Source: Bacteroidetes bacterium HGW-Bacteroidetes-4 (GTDB lineage Bacteria; Bacteroidota; Bacteroidia; Bacteroidales; SZUA-534). From it: 64,000 nt of DNA. The stretch lies in assembly GCA_002840905.1 (NCBI GenBank), contig PHDD01000012.1:80144-144143 (forward strand), in the 5' to 3' direction. The translations under genes were made by a program, and so were the position numbers. The notes under the pieces are model-generated. The model did not search any database, was not told the DNA's origin, and worked only from the letters and a program-made list of their open reading frames with translations. This document shows positions 1 through 8,716 of the stretch, piece after piece. Position 1 is the stretch's first letter; each line of letters starts with the position of its first letter.

Positions 1-129
1 ACCAACCCGGAGCTTGCCAATAAGATTAAAGAGTTTGGAGAAGCCTGGGGATTGCCAACAGCTTTCTTAATTGTGTTGGGCTTTTTCTTTGGAAGCTACC
101 TCTTACGGGGTACTCCCTTAAAAAAATAG
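1..129 (+). CDS. 3' end of a phage gene (42 codons visible) with a C-terminal hydrophobic helix
   Basis: Frame 1 is open from the window edge to TAG at 127-129: TNPELANKIKEFGEAWGLPTAFLIVLGFFFGSYLLRGTPLKKK*. Confidence 0.4.
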   Translation, partial: TNPELANKIKEFGEAWGLPTAFLIVLGFFFGSYLLRGTPLKK

Positions 130-150
130 TAAAAATTTAAAACGTTAATT

Positions 151-792
151 ATGGAACGTAAATATGAAATTGCCAGGGGTGTTTTTGCACGAAACCCAAA
201 GTTAAAAGAAGTTTTTGTTTGTGACAATGGAAACGCTTTTGCAGCCGAGAGCCGAGCGCTTTCGCACAGTGCCGAGAATGAGACAAAGTTTTTGGGCGGC
301 GTAACTCGCGAGAAACTAAAAGGCGTACTCGTAAAAAGTGCCGAGTCTACAGTTAAAGAGGTTGAAGCAGCGCTTGACGAGGCTAAATCTCAAGTTGAAA
401 CCAGAACCGCAGCGGTTGAAAAAGCCAACGAGGCTTTTACCGAAGCTGTGAATAAGGGTAAGGAAGTTGACAGAGCGGCTGCCGACGCCTTAACCGAAGT
501 GGGCAAAGCTGCCGAGGCTAAAAAGCTGGCCGACTCGAAGGCTAAAGCCGAAAAAACAGACGAGGCAAAGCAAGCCGCCGAGCAAGCGGCTGCCGACCTG
601 TTGAAGGCAAAAAAAGACAGCGAGGCTGTTGAGAAAACCAAGCTTGAGCAAAACCAGGTAGTAATTAAAAAAGCCGAGGAGGCTGCTAATGATGCCGAGC
701 GTGAGCTTGTTGAGCTGAACAAGCGTATTGAAAAACTTACCGTTGCTTTAGAAGAGGCCACACAGGCGCTTGAGGAGCAACTTGAAGATTAA
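151..792 (+). CDS. Phage hypothetical protein with a long Ala/Glu/Lys-rich coiled-coil
   Basis: 213-aa ORF. About 50 aa at the N-terminus look globular, followed by a low-complexity helical A/E/K region. It lies upstream of the tail genes. The antisense ORF 390-761 is a compositional shadow. Confidence 0.6.
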   Translation: MERKYEIARGVFARNPKLKEVFVCDNGNAFAAESRALSHSAENETKFLGGVTREKLKGVLVKSAESTVKEVEAALDEAKSQVETRTAAVEKANEAFTEAVNKGKEVDRAAADALTEVGKAAEAKKLADSKAKAEKTDEAKQAAEQAAADLLKAKKDSEAVEKTKLEQNQVVIKKAEEAANDAERELVELNKRIEKLTVALEEATQALEEQLED

Positions 793-817
793 TTAGTAAC
801 CCTTAAAACCATTTCAA

Positions 818-1336
818 ATGTATATCAGAAATGTAAAATCGATTAAGATGGGGGATTGTGGCGCTGATGGCGCTATGGGAGCAGCACTCGACACCGTGTT
901 TGAGGACATTGTAAAGGACACCTGTATGATTGACTTTCCCAAGCCGGGCGTGAGTTTTATCACCCCGGACGACAAACCAAACCCCATTGTAGCGTTGATT
1001 GACGACAGTAACGCTGTTATGAAAATCTCCTTTTCAACGTTCAATTGTTCCTCAGCGTTGAAAGCCACTTTGTTTGGCGGCGAAGTCGTCCTAGGCAAAT
1101 GGAGCGCACCCACCACCCGGGTGTTGAAAAACCAAAGTGTTGAGATAACCTCAGGCGACACCGATGGAAAACACGAGGTGGCTACTGCCCCCAAAGTGAT
1201 TGTGGTACCCGGTTACTCGGGTAAGTACAACAAAACAGGCATGGCCGAAATATCGGTCGATATGTATGTTTTGGTTCCAAAGGATGCTCTGGGAGCAGAT
1301 TTGAGTCCATTCCAAAGCGCAGAGGTATCGGTATAG
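818..1336 (+). CDS. Putative major tail protein (call from position only)
   Basis: 172-aa ORF immediately upstream of the chaperone/tape-measure block and followed by a strong hairpin terminator, as is common for abundant structural genes. No motif was recognised. Confidence 0.45.
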   Translation: MYIRNVKSIKMGDCGADGAMGAALDTVFEDIVKDTCMIDFPKPGVSFITPDDKPNPIVALIDDSNAVMKISFSTFNCSSALKATLFGGEVVLGKWSAPTTRVLKNQSVEITSGDTDGKHEVATAPKVIVVPGYSGKYNKTGMAEISVDMYVLVPKDALGADLSPFQSAEVSV

Positions 1337-1344
1337 TATTAATT

Positions 1345-1374
1345 AAAGCCTCGGAATACCTCCGAGGCTTTTTA
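1345..1374 (+). terminator. Rho-independent terminator-like hairpin
   Basis: AAAGCCTCGGA (1345-1355), loop ATACC, then TCCGAGGCTTT (1361-1371). This is a perfect 11-bp stem followed by a T-run. Confidence 0.7.
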
Positions 1375-1385
1375 TACAATTAGCT

Positions 1386-1844
1386 ATGAACGGGAACGAC
1401 ATTCAAAAGAAAGCGGTTGCGGCCATGACCGGGAAAACTAAAAAGGTTACCATGAGGGTGAACCGGCTTACATGGCTGCACCGTTTAAAAATACGGCCTA
1501 AAGAGCGGGCCTTTTCTATTGGCCATTTAAGCCCTGGGAATTTGATGCGAATAAGCGGCTTGTTATTACAAGTTGGCTTTGATGCGAATAAGCCCGACCC
1601 TTGGCGCGAGGCTTTGCGGTGTATGAATCATTCCATGCCCGATTTGATTAAGATTTGTGCAATAGGCATTTCGAACTGCAAGGAGGAACCGCCCGATAAA
1701 CTGCTTGAGTTTATTACGAACGATACCGATTGGGAGTCGGTGTTTAATGTGTTTGTAGCCATAACCTCGAGCCTGGAGATTAAGTCTTTTATGACTTCTA
1801 TCACTTTGATAAAAGGAGTGAGCCTTCTGAATCAGGGGAGTTAA
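1386..1844 (+). CDS. Putative tail assembly chaperone (gpG-like, by position)
   Basis: 152-aa ORF directly upstream of the tape measure gene. Its 3' end overlaps an open -1 frame (see 1859-2026). Confidence 0.5.
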   Translation: MNGNDIQKKAVAAMTGKTKKVTMRVNRLTWLHRLKIRPKERAFSIGHLSPGNLMRISGLLLQVGFDANKPDPWREALRCMNHSMPDLIKICAIGISNCKEEPPDKLLEFITNDTDWESVFNVFVAITSSLEIKSFMTSITLIKGVSLLNQGS

Positions 1845-1858
1845 ATAGCCCCTGGCAC

Positions 1859-2026
1859 ATGTTTCAAGGTGTGGTTAAGTACTATGGATGGACTTTAGAC
1901 TATGTATTGTGGGAAATAAGTTTTGTAAACTTAATAATGCTGATAGCCGCTATTGAGGGCGACGAGGAACAAGGCGAAGAAATTACCCTGGGCGAATTAG
2001 CCGCCAGGGCCAGCAACGACAAATAA
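1859..2026 (+). CDS. Small ORF (55 aa) in the -1 frame relative to 1386-1844. It is either a candidate gpT-like frameshift extension or an independent small gene
   Basis: ATG at 1859 to TAA at 2024-2026, translating to MFQGVVKYYGWTLDYVLWEISFVNLIMLIAAIEGDEEQGEEITLGELAARASNDK. The frame is open back to 1784, giving a 61-nt overlap with the upstream ORF. It is below the ORF-track size cutoff. Confidence 0.35.
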   Translation: MFQGVVKYYGWTLDYVLWEISFVNLIMLIAAIEGDEEQGEEITLGELAARASNDK

Positions 2027-2035
2027 AAAAAAACA

Positions 2036-5000
2036 ATGAACGACCCGGGAGTTGAATATAGATTGTATTTAGACCAGTTTCGCCAGGATGTGGCCGAGCT
2101 TAAAGGTTTAATGGCGGGCGCCGGTGACCAGGTTGAACAGAAAGTGAACGACCTGGATTCGGTGCTTAAAAAGGTGGGTATTGGCATGGTTAGTTATTTC
2201 ACCTTTGACCAAATTAGGGAAATAACCGCCGAAATTAAAACCCTGACCGCCGATTTTGAAAAGTACGAAGCGGTGCTCACCAATTCGCTGGGCTCGCACG
2301 ACCGGGCGGTTGCTGCTATGGATAAGCTTCAGGAGTTTGCTGCAAAAACCCCCTTTCAATTAAATAACCTTACCGACTCCTTTGTTAAGATGGTAGGCCA
2401 GGGCTTTCAGCCAACCATGGAAGAAATGACAAACCTTGGCGACCTGGCGTCGAGCAAGGCCAAAGATTTTGACCAATTGGCAGAGGCGCTGCTCGATGCT
2501 GAAATGGGCGAAAATGAGCGTTTAAAAGAGTTTGGTATAAAAGCCCAAAAGAACGGCGACATTATTAAGTACACCTTTAAAGGCGTTACCACTGAGGTTG
2601 AGAACAACGCCCAGGCTATTCGCAATTATATACTTGGGCTGGGTAAAATGGAAGGCGTTGCCGGTTCCATGGCCGCCATATCGAAAACGCTGGGTGGCGC
2701 AATGAGTAACGCCGAGGACTCAACCGACGCCCTTTATGTGGCTATAGGTTCGCGCTTGAGCCCTAGTTTAACCGGGTTGTATGGGAATTACTCCAAACTA
2801 ATTGGCCGGGTTACCGAGTGGGTTAAAATTTCTCCAGCCGATAAAATAAGGCAGGAAAGCGAAGAGGTTAATAGGCTGGTTATGCAATTAACCGATTCAA
2901 ATACCAAGGAAGACCAGCGCCGCCATATTCTTGAGCAGCTAAAAGAGTTAAGCCCGGATATTGTCCGCGGCCTTGAGGCAGAAAATCTGAATACAGAAAA
3001 GCTGAAGGAAAACCTGCGCCTTTACAACGAGCAGCTTAGTAACCGCATTATTCTTGCGAATTTAAGCGAGGATGAGGAGTCGAAAGCGGCAAAGCTTGCT
3101 GACGCGAGAACAAAAGAGGCCAATGTGTGGCTCGACATTCAGGAAGCTATTTTAAAAGCCAATAAAGACATTGCCCTTTCGGAGGGTACTAAAGAGGAAA
3201 AGCTAAAAAAGACCGTTGAGTATTTAAGCAAACAGGTTCAATTACAAAAAGAGGCCGGACGCACGGGCTCTGTTCGCGATGTTGGCGGACAAACCATTGA
3301 CTCGAGAACAGAAGAACAAAAGCTTCTTAATTTTCTTAGTATACAAAAAGAGGTACTGGCTGTTCGCGAAAAAGAGCGCGAGGAGCTTGCCTCTGAAACA
3401 GAGGATTATCAAAAGCGCATTGAACAATTAAAGCTAATACTTGGTATAACCGCCGAGATAAACGCCGATGATGATGATGATGATGATGATGATGACGACG
3501 AATCCACCGCTTTTGATAAATGGAAAAAGAATATTCTGGCGCAAAAAGAAGCCTATAAGGAATATGAGGCGGTAAAGTCGCAAATTAGCCAGGACGAGGC
3601 AGACAAGCTTTATGCCGAGCTGCTTAAAAAAGCGGGTACCTATGCCGATTTGTTGAAAAAACTGCTTGCCGGTAAGCTTACCAAAGACCAAATTGGATTT
3701 GCAGCCCTGGAGCTTCAAAGTGTAACGAAAAAAGACGACGCAAAAGCCACCAAGGAGGAGGATAAAGAAGCTAAAAAGCAGCGCGATTACCTAAACAAGC
3801 TATTTGCCGACACAAAAAACCATTACCAAAAGCTTAACGCCCTTACTGAAAAGTACCTGAAGGATAAACAGCTTTTGCAGGAGCGCGGGCTTACCGGTCA
3901 TATTGAAGTGCTCGACGAACAATACCGGGCTGCTGTTTTTGCTCTGCAAAAAGAGAACGGCCTGTATAGCTGGCTGTTTAAGAATATCGAAAATTACAGC
4001 CGCAAGGAGTTAAAGGACTTTATTGCCCGGATTCAAAAGGAGCTTGAAGTTGCCGGAATGCCCGAGGAAAAGAAAATTGAGCTTCAGAAAAAGCTTGCTG
4101 AAGCAAACGAGAAGCTTGACCAAAAACTAGCGTCTAATCTTAGCGACGCTTCAGCTATTTTGGGCGACATGGCAGCACTGGCCGGCACCTTTAACGAAAA
4201 GCTTGCCGAGTCGATTAACACCGCTGCCGATTTAGCCGCCGGAGCGGCCAATATTGCCGCCGGTTTTGCATCGGGTAATTACGCCCAGGCTGTAGGTGGC
4301 ATTTTGCAAACGTTCACTTCAATAATAAAGCTGTTTGGAAACCTGTCGACCCTTGAGGAGAAACGCGCCGAGGCCGAGCGTATAAGAGCCTTCAACGAAG
4401 AGAAATATACCCGCCAGCTTCAGCTACAGAACGATTTTCTTGAGCGCCAAATTGACCTAATAAAGCAACTGAATGGGCTAAAGGCTGACGAATTAACTAG
4501 AAAAACTTTAGATGAAATTACCACACAAAAGAATGCGCTGGAAAACAAAACCTATTATTTGCCAGTATCAGACGAAAATGGGCCTATTGGTTCGGTTGAA
4601 GTTAGCGGCGTTGAAGAAGCCTATGCTTATGCTCAATCTTTAGTTAAAAGCGGATACAGCTTGCAAAGTGATGTCTGGGATATGATTAACCAGGACATGG
4701 AGCATTATGAAGGGCTTGTCGAAGCTTTTAATCAAATGATGGACGAGTGGAATGAGCGGGTTACCGGTACAACCGCCAGCTCGCTGGGCGATAAAATTGC
4801 CCAAATATGGCTCGACGCCCAGCTTGCTGGCGACGACTTTATTAAACGCTTTGGAGAAGGACTGAACGATGTGATGCGCGAGGCTTTGGTTGCCCAGTTC
4901 AAAGACCGCTTTATTATGGAGCAGGCTGCGCAATGGTATGAGAGTTTAGCCGAAGCCAGCCGCGACGCCGATGGACTTACAGCCGAGGAACGCACCGCAT

Positions 5001-5320
5001 TAAATCAGCAGTGGTTAGCCATGATTGCCGAAATGGACGAACAGTGGAAAACAATGGTTGAGAATTTTCCCGACCTTTTTAGCCCGTCGGCGCTTGCCGG
5101 AACCGACTCGCAATCGACCGCCGGAGCTGTTAAAAACATCCAGGAAGGAACTGCAAATATATTGGCCGGGCACACCGGAGCCATGCGGGTAGACCTGGCG
5201 AAATTGGTTATTAGTGCCAGTCAGCACCTCGACGTTTTAAACAAGATGGATAAAAAGCTGGGCAACATTGAAAAATACACCAAAGAAACCCGCGACGTTT
5301 TACAAAATTCAGGATTTTAG
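2036..5320 (+). CDS. Tail tape measure protein
   Basis: 1094 aa, the largest gene of the module, with extensive coiled-coil. It has a TMP core-like segment, KTPFQLNNLTDSFVKMVGQGFQPTMEEMTNLGDLASS. It sits after the chaperone pair and before the Dit/Tal-like genes. Confidence 0.9.
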   Translation: MNDPGVEYRLYLDQFRQDVAELKGLMAGAGDQVEQKVNDLDSVLKKVGIGMVSYFTFDQIREITAEIKTLTADFEKYEAVLTNSLGSHDRAVAAMDKLQEFAAKTPFQLNNLTDSFVKMVGQGFQPTMEEMTNLGDLASSKAKDFDQLAEALLDAEMGENERLKEFGIKAQKNGDIIKYTFKGVTTEVENNAQAIRNYILGLGKMEGVAGSMAAISKTLGGAMSNAEDSTDALYVAIGSRLSPSLTGLYGNYSKLIGRVTEWVKISPADKIRQESEEVNRLVMQLTDSNTKEDQRRHILEQLKELSPDIVRGLEAENLNTEKLKENLRLYNEQLSNRIILANLSEDEESKAAKLADARTKEANVWLDIQEAILKANKDIALSEGTKEEKLKKTVEYLSKQVQLQKEAGRTGSVRDVGGQTIDSRTEEQKLLNFLSIQKEVLAVREKEREELASETEDYQKRIEQLKLILGITAEINADDDDDDDDDDDESTAFDKWKKNILAQKEAYKEYEAVKSQISQDEADKLYAELLKKAGTYADLLKKLLAGKLTKDQIGFAALELQSVTKKDDAKATKEEDKEAKKQRDYLNKLFADTKNHYQKLNALTEKYLKDKQLLQERGLTGHIEVLDEQYRAAVFALQKENGLYSWLFKNIENYSRKELKDFIARIQKELEVAGMPEEKKIELQKKLAEANEKLDQKLASNLSDASAILGDMAALAGTFNEKLAESINTAADLAAGAANIAAGFASGNYAQAVGGILQTFTSIIKLFGNLSTLEEKRAEAERIRAFNEEKYTRQLQLQNDFLERQIDLIKQLNGLKADELTRKTLDEITTQKNALENKTYYLPVSDENGPIGSVEVSGVEEAYAYAQSLVKSGYSLQSDVWDMINQDMEHYEGLVEAFNQMMDEWNERVTGTTASSLGDKIAQIWLDAQLAGDDFIKRFGEGLNDVMREALVAQFKDRFIMEQAAQWYESLAEASRDADGLTAEERTALNQQWLAMIAEMDEQWKTMVENFPDLFSPSALAGTDSQSTAGAVKNIQEGTANILAGHTGAMRVDLAKLVISASQHLDVLNKMDKKLGNIEKYTKETRDVLQNSGF
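3467..3499 (+). repeat. (GAT)9(GAC)2 trinucleotide microsatellite encoding Asp11 inside the tape measure gene
   Basis: Read directly: nine GAT then two GAC codons, translated INADDDDDDDDDDDEST. Confidence 0.95.
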
Positions 5321-5322
5321 CT

Positions 5323-6492
5323 ATGCAATACTTAATTAATAATACCGATGTTTTTGCCGCCAATGGCATTGAGGTTATAAAAGTTACCGGGCTGCTCGAT
5401 GGAGCGGCTCAACGTATAAGTAAACGCGTTTGGGCAGACAAAAGCGGTGTAGACGTTGACTTTAATAACATCAGGCTAAAAGAGCAGGACTACACCTTTG
5501 AGTGTATTTGCCTGGCCGACAGCAAGCAGGCGCTTGTAGATAAAATGCAGGCCTTTAATAGTGCTTTTGCCGCCGGGTTGGTTGTACTTAGTGTTCGTGG
5601 CGATTATCGCAAAGGAATGCTTGTGTTTAAAGAGCCCGAGATTACCGGCAAATATTCGCCAGCTTCAGGCGGGCAACATGCCTATTTATTTAATCTGAAG
5701 CTTACCGACGCCAACCCGGCGGCAACGCGGTGGATTACTTACGGCAGTGGCGATGTGGTTAATACGATTACCTATGCCGGAACAGAGCCCGCCTATATAT
5801 TTTGGGGCGACGGAGCCAGGGAGTTATTGCCCGGCCCTGGTGATTATACGCACCAATACGCCAGCGCCGGAGAGGTTGATATTATTATAGATGCCGACGG
5901 AGTTACTACCGTGGGATATCCTTACACTTTAGACCCAACCGATGGCTTAAGCTTTACGGCAAACGACGACTTTACTTTTGCTGTTGACGCTGTAAAATAT
6001 GGTGCCTTTGGACACCCAACTTATGGCAATGCAATAGATTCAAAGTGGCAAATTATACGGGATGGTGTGGTTCTACTCGAAACCAACGCCAGTGTGCTTA
6101 ATTATAGCCAGGCTTTTACGGTTAATGAGCCAACGGTTTTTGAGCTCAGACTGTGGGCTTTGTATAATTACAATGGGGCAACCTTCTGGCTATCGAAGGA
6201 CCCATTTAATAAGACTCATACTGTTAATTTAGTTAACGCCGGCATCACTACTTATAGACATGGTAAGTTTCCGCCTTACCCGGCTTATGGAACGGCTCAC
6301 CTGAACCTAAGCGGTAATGCGTTGAGCCAGGCTTCAGTTGACGAGTTGTTGCTAAGCTCAGAGATTGTGGCCTCCGATAATGGGTATTTGAATATTTCAG
6401 GCGGAACCAACGCGGTACCCAACGCCTCGGGAATTTCGGCAATCAATACTTTAATAAGTAAAGGATGGGAGGTTTATTATAATGCTTCTTAA
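5323..6492 (+). CDS. Distal tail protein (Dit)-like, with a C-terminal extension
   Basis: 389-aa ORF starting 2 nt after the tape measure stop, which is the canonical Dit position. The C-terminus contains an LRR-like stretch, LNLSGNALSQASVDELL. Confidence 0.55.
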   Translation: MQYLINNTDVFAANGIEVIKVTGLLDGAAQRISKRVWADKSGVDVDFNNIRLKEQDYTFECICLADSKQALVDKMQAFNSAFAAGLVVLSVRGDYRKGMLVFKEPEITGKYSPASGGQHAYLFNLKLTDANPAATRWITYGSGDVVNTITYAGTEPAYIFWGDGARELLPGPGDYTHQYASAGEVDIIIDADGVTTVGYPYTLDPTDGLSFTANDDFTFAVDAVKYGAFGHPTYGNAIDSKWQIIRDGVVLLETNASVLNYSQAFTVNEPTVFELRLWALYNYNGATFWLSKDPFNKTHTVNLVNAGITTYRHGKFPPYPAYGTAHLNLSGNALSQASVDELLLSSEIVASDNGYLNISGGTNAVPNASGISAINTLISKGWEVYYNAS

Positions 6493-8047
6493 GATTTACA
6501 GAGATAGCGCAATTATTGCCTACGTTCGCCCTGATGACAATAGCGAGCTGGTTCAAAAGCTTATGACCGACGACCTGGTTAAATTGAGCTTTACCCACAG
6601 CTCGTATATTGATTTGCAAATTGGCGACAACCTACTATTGAACGGCCTTGAATACTGTTTGAACAGCTTGCCTAATTACACCAAGGCCAGCGCCAACGAG
6701 CACAAATACGAGTGTCAATTCCAGGGCGGTATTTACGAGCTTCAAAAAGCAAGCTTTTTGCTTTACTCCGATTTTTATTTCGATTTTACCGGCAACGCCC
6801 AGGGCTTTCTCGATTTGTGTATTACCAACCTTAACCGCGATTTGGGAGGCTATAGCGCCGGAACCTGCGATGTTACCGAGGTAAAAACACTCACCTTCGA
6901 CAATATGAGTGTGCTCGATGCCATAAACTACATTAAAGACGAGCTGGGCTTTGAGTTTTATCTTGTTGGTAAGGTGTTGCACTTTACCACTCCCGGCGTT
7001 GACACTGGGTTAACCTTTAAAGTGGGCCGGTTCCAGGGTCTTTATGAGCTCACGCGCAAAAAGGTTGAAAGCGCCAATATAATTACCCGGCTGTGGGCGT
7101 ATGGCAGTCAGAACAACCTACCGCCCGACTATGTAAGTCCGTTGGTATATAAGCGTCTGGCTTTTGAGAACCCGCTGCTTAACAACGAGAGCCGAGTAGA
7201 GAGTAATGTTGCTTTGTACGGCATCCGTGAAGCGGTAAAGGTATTCGACGACATTAAGCCCGAGCGCACTGGTACGGTTACTGGTATCGATACCGAAAAC
7301 AACCGGGTGTTTATCGATACCGCTATGGACTTCGATTTAAACGCCTACCTGCTGGCCGGACTTACACCCAAAGCCAACTTTAAAACCGGAGCTTTGGCCG
7401 GGATAACCTTCGATTTAAGTTACGACAACGCCACTCAGACCTTTACCGTTGATTACTTTACCGACGAGAGCGGAACCTACCCCAATGAAATCCTGAAGTT
7501 TGCCATTGGCGACCAGTATGTTTTGTTTGATATATGGCTCCCGCCTGCTTATGTTACCGATGCCAAAAGCCGCTTAAAAACAGCAGCCGAGGCGTGGCTG
7601 GCAAAATTTGACCACCCAAACGCAATGTATGAGCTGAATAACGACGAGGCTTATGTGCGCGACAATGCCATAAGCTTTACCCTTGGCGACTCCGTTACCA
7701 TAAGCGATACTGATTTAGCCATAAATGGGCTTATCCGCATTACCGGCATATCGCGGAACATTGCAAACCCATACAAATACAAGCTCGATGTGGGCGAACT
7801 TATGCCCACGCCCTTGCTGAAAAGCATCGGCACACAATTAAAGAACGCCCAGGCGGCCACACAAAGCAATACGGTAGAGGTTCAAACTGTGAAGCTAAAA
7901 AAAGCCGACACCGCCTCGGTATTTACACAGGCGCAGACGTTGGCGCTTATCGGTGATATTGATAGAAAATTTTATGGGGGACGGGCTGATGAGGTTTATC
8001 AGCTCCCAAACGACAATATTAACTGCGGAAACGCACTAAGAGAATAG
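6482..8047 (+). CDS. Tail-associated / baseplate hub (Tal-like) protein
   Basis: 521-aa ORF overlapping the Dit-like gene by 11 nt, in the canonical position after Dit. The call rests on synteny and size. Confidence 0.5.
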   Translation: MLLKIYRDSAIIAYVRPDDNSELVQKLMTDDLVKLSFTHSSYIDLQIGDNLLLNGLEYCLNSLPNYTKASANEHKYECQFQGGIYELQKASFLLYSDFYFDFTGNAQGFLDLCITNLNRDLGGYSAGTCDVTEVKTLTFDNMSVLDAINYIKDELGFEFYLVGKVLHFTTPGVDTGLTFKVGRFQGLYELTRKKVESANIITRLWAYGSQNNLPPDYVSPLVYKRLAFENPLLNNESRVESNVALYGIREAVKVFDDIKPERTGTVTGIDTENNRVFIDTAMDFDLNAYLLAGLTPKANFKTGALAGITFDLSYDNATQTFTVDYFTDESGTYPNEILKFAIGDQYVLFDIWLPPAYVTDAKSRLKTAAEAWLAKFDHPNAMYELNNDEAYVRDNAISFTLGDSVTISDTDLAINGLIRITGISRNIANPYKYKLDVGELMPTPLLKSIGTQLKNAQAATQSNTVEVQTVKLKKADTASVFTQAQTLALIGDIDRKFYGGRADEVYQLPNDNINCGNALRE

Positions 8048-8049
8048 AC

Positions 8050-8715
8050 ATGGCAGACCAAATTCAGATAAGATATGATACAGCCGAAAACTGGACGGCT
8101 GTTAATCCTGTGCTCGCAATTGCAGAGGAAGGACACGAACTTGTTACCAACAAGCGAAAAATAGGCGACGGCGTAACCGCATGGAATGCCCTGCCATATT
8201 TCGGCGGTGAAAATGGCCCGAGTACCGCAAATATAATTCACGGGGCCACGGCAAAAGAAACGCTCGCTGATGCCGACGAGTTGGCCCTTGTTGATAGTGA
8301 GGATGGCAATAGCTTAAAGAAGCTTAGCATTGCCAATCTAAATGCAATCTTTTTAGCCTGGCTAAAAACGTTTTTTACCAGCCGGAAAACCATTGAGGTT
8401 AGTGTAGCTGCCGGACAATTACAGTTTGATTTTGATAGCCTCCGCGAGGTGTGGGCAACCAAAACCGGGGGCGGTGCAATTGTAGTTAACGAGAATGTGA
8501 CTATTAGCTATGTGAACGCGACCAATTTCAAGAGCTTGTGGTTTCCGGTAAACGTAACCACCAGCGCCAGAACCTTCACGTTCCCAGGTGACCATATTTG
8601 CGGTGACGAGCGTTGGATAAGCCCGCTGCTTACCCTTGAGGTGGGAAAGTACCAAATATCGGTGATGAACGATGGGGTGAATAAACATGTGAGCTGTAGC
8701 CAAAAGGAGGTTTAG
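8050..8715 (+). CDS. Tail fibre protein with an Mtd_N / hyaluronidase-type N-terminal motif
   Basis: The N-terminus reads IQIRYDTAENWTAVNPVLAIAEEGHELVTNKRKIGDGVTAWNALPYFGG. This matches the widespread fibre motif (R..T...W...NP.L..GE.G.E.DT...KIGDG.T.WN.LPY). Confidence 0.6.
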   Translation: MADQIQIRYDTAENWTAVNPVLAIAEEGHELVTNKRKIGDGVTAWNALPYFGGENGPSTANIIHGATAKETLADADELALVDSEDGNSLKKLSIANLNAIFLAWLKTFFTSRKTIEVSVAAGQLQFDFDSLREVWATKTGGGAIVVNENVTISYVNATNFKSLWFPVNVTTSARTFTFPGDHICGDERWISPLLTLEVGKYQISVMNDGVNKHVSCSQKEV

Positions 8716-8716
8716 T

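Noticed and set aside
390-761. Long antisense or alternative-frame ORFs nested in well-supported genes. Examples: 390-761, 814-1194, 2108-2359, 12895-13185, 15706-15942, 17879-18334, 19286-19615, 32123-32461, 36937-37173, 44989-45288, 61651-61938.
   Set aside because: Each lies entirely within a longer ORF that has clear family motifs. Their translations are low-complexity or compositionally odd (Ser/Ala/Cys/Phe-rich). They are shadow ORFs typical of biased-composition DNA.
8050-8715. A diversity-generating retroelement targeting the Mtd_N-like fibre protein
   Set aside because: No reverse transcriptase gene is in the window. I found no template/variable repeat pair of ~100 bp. The only nearby duplication (9823-10035) differs at all four bases, not only at adenines. 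The Mtd_N-type motif is widespread in ordinary fibres. A DGR outside the window cannot be excluded.
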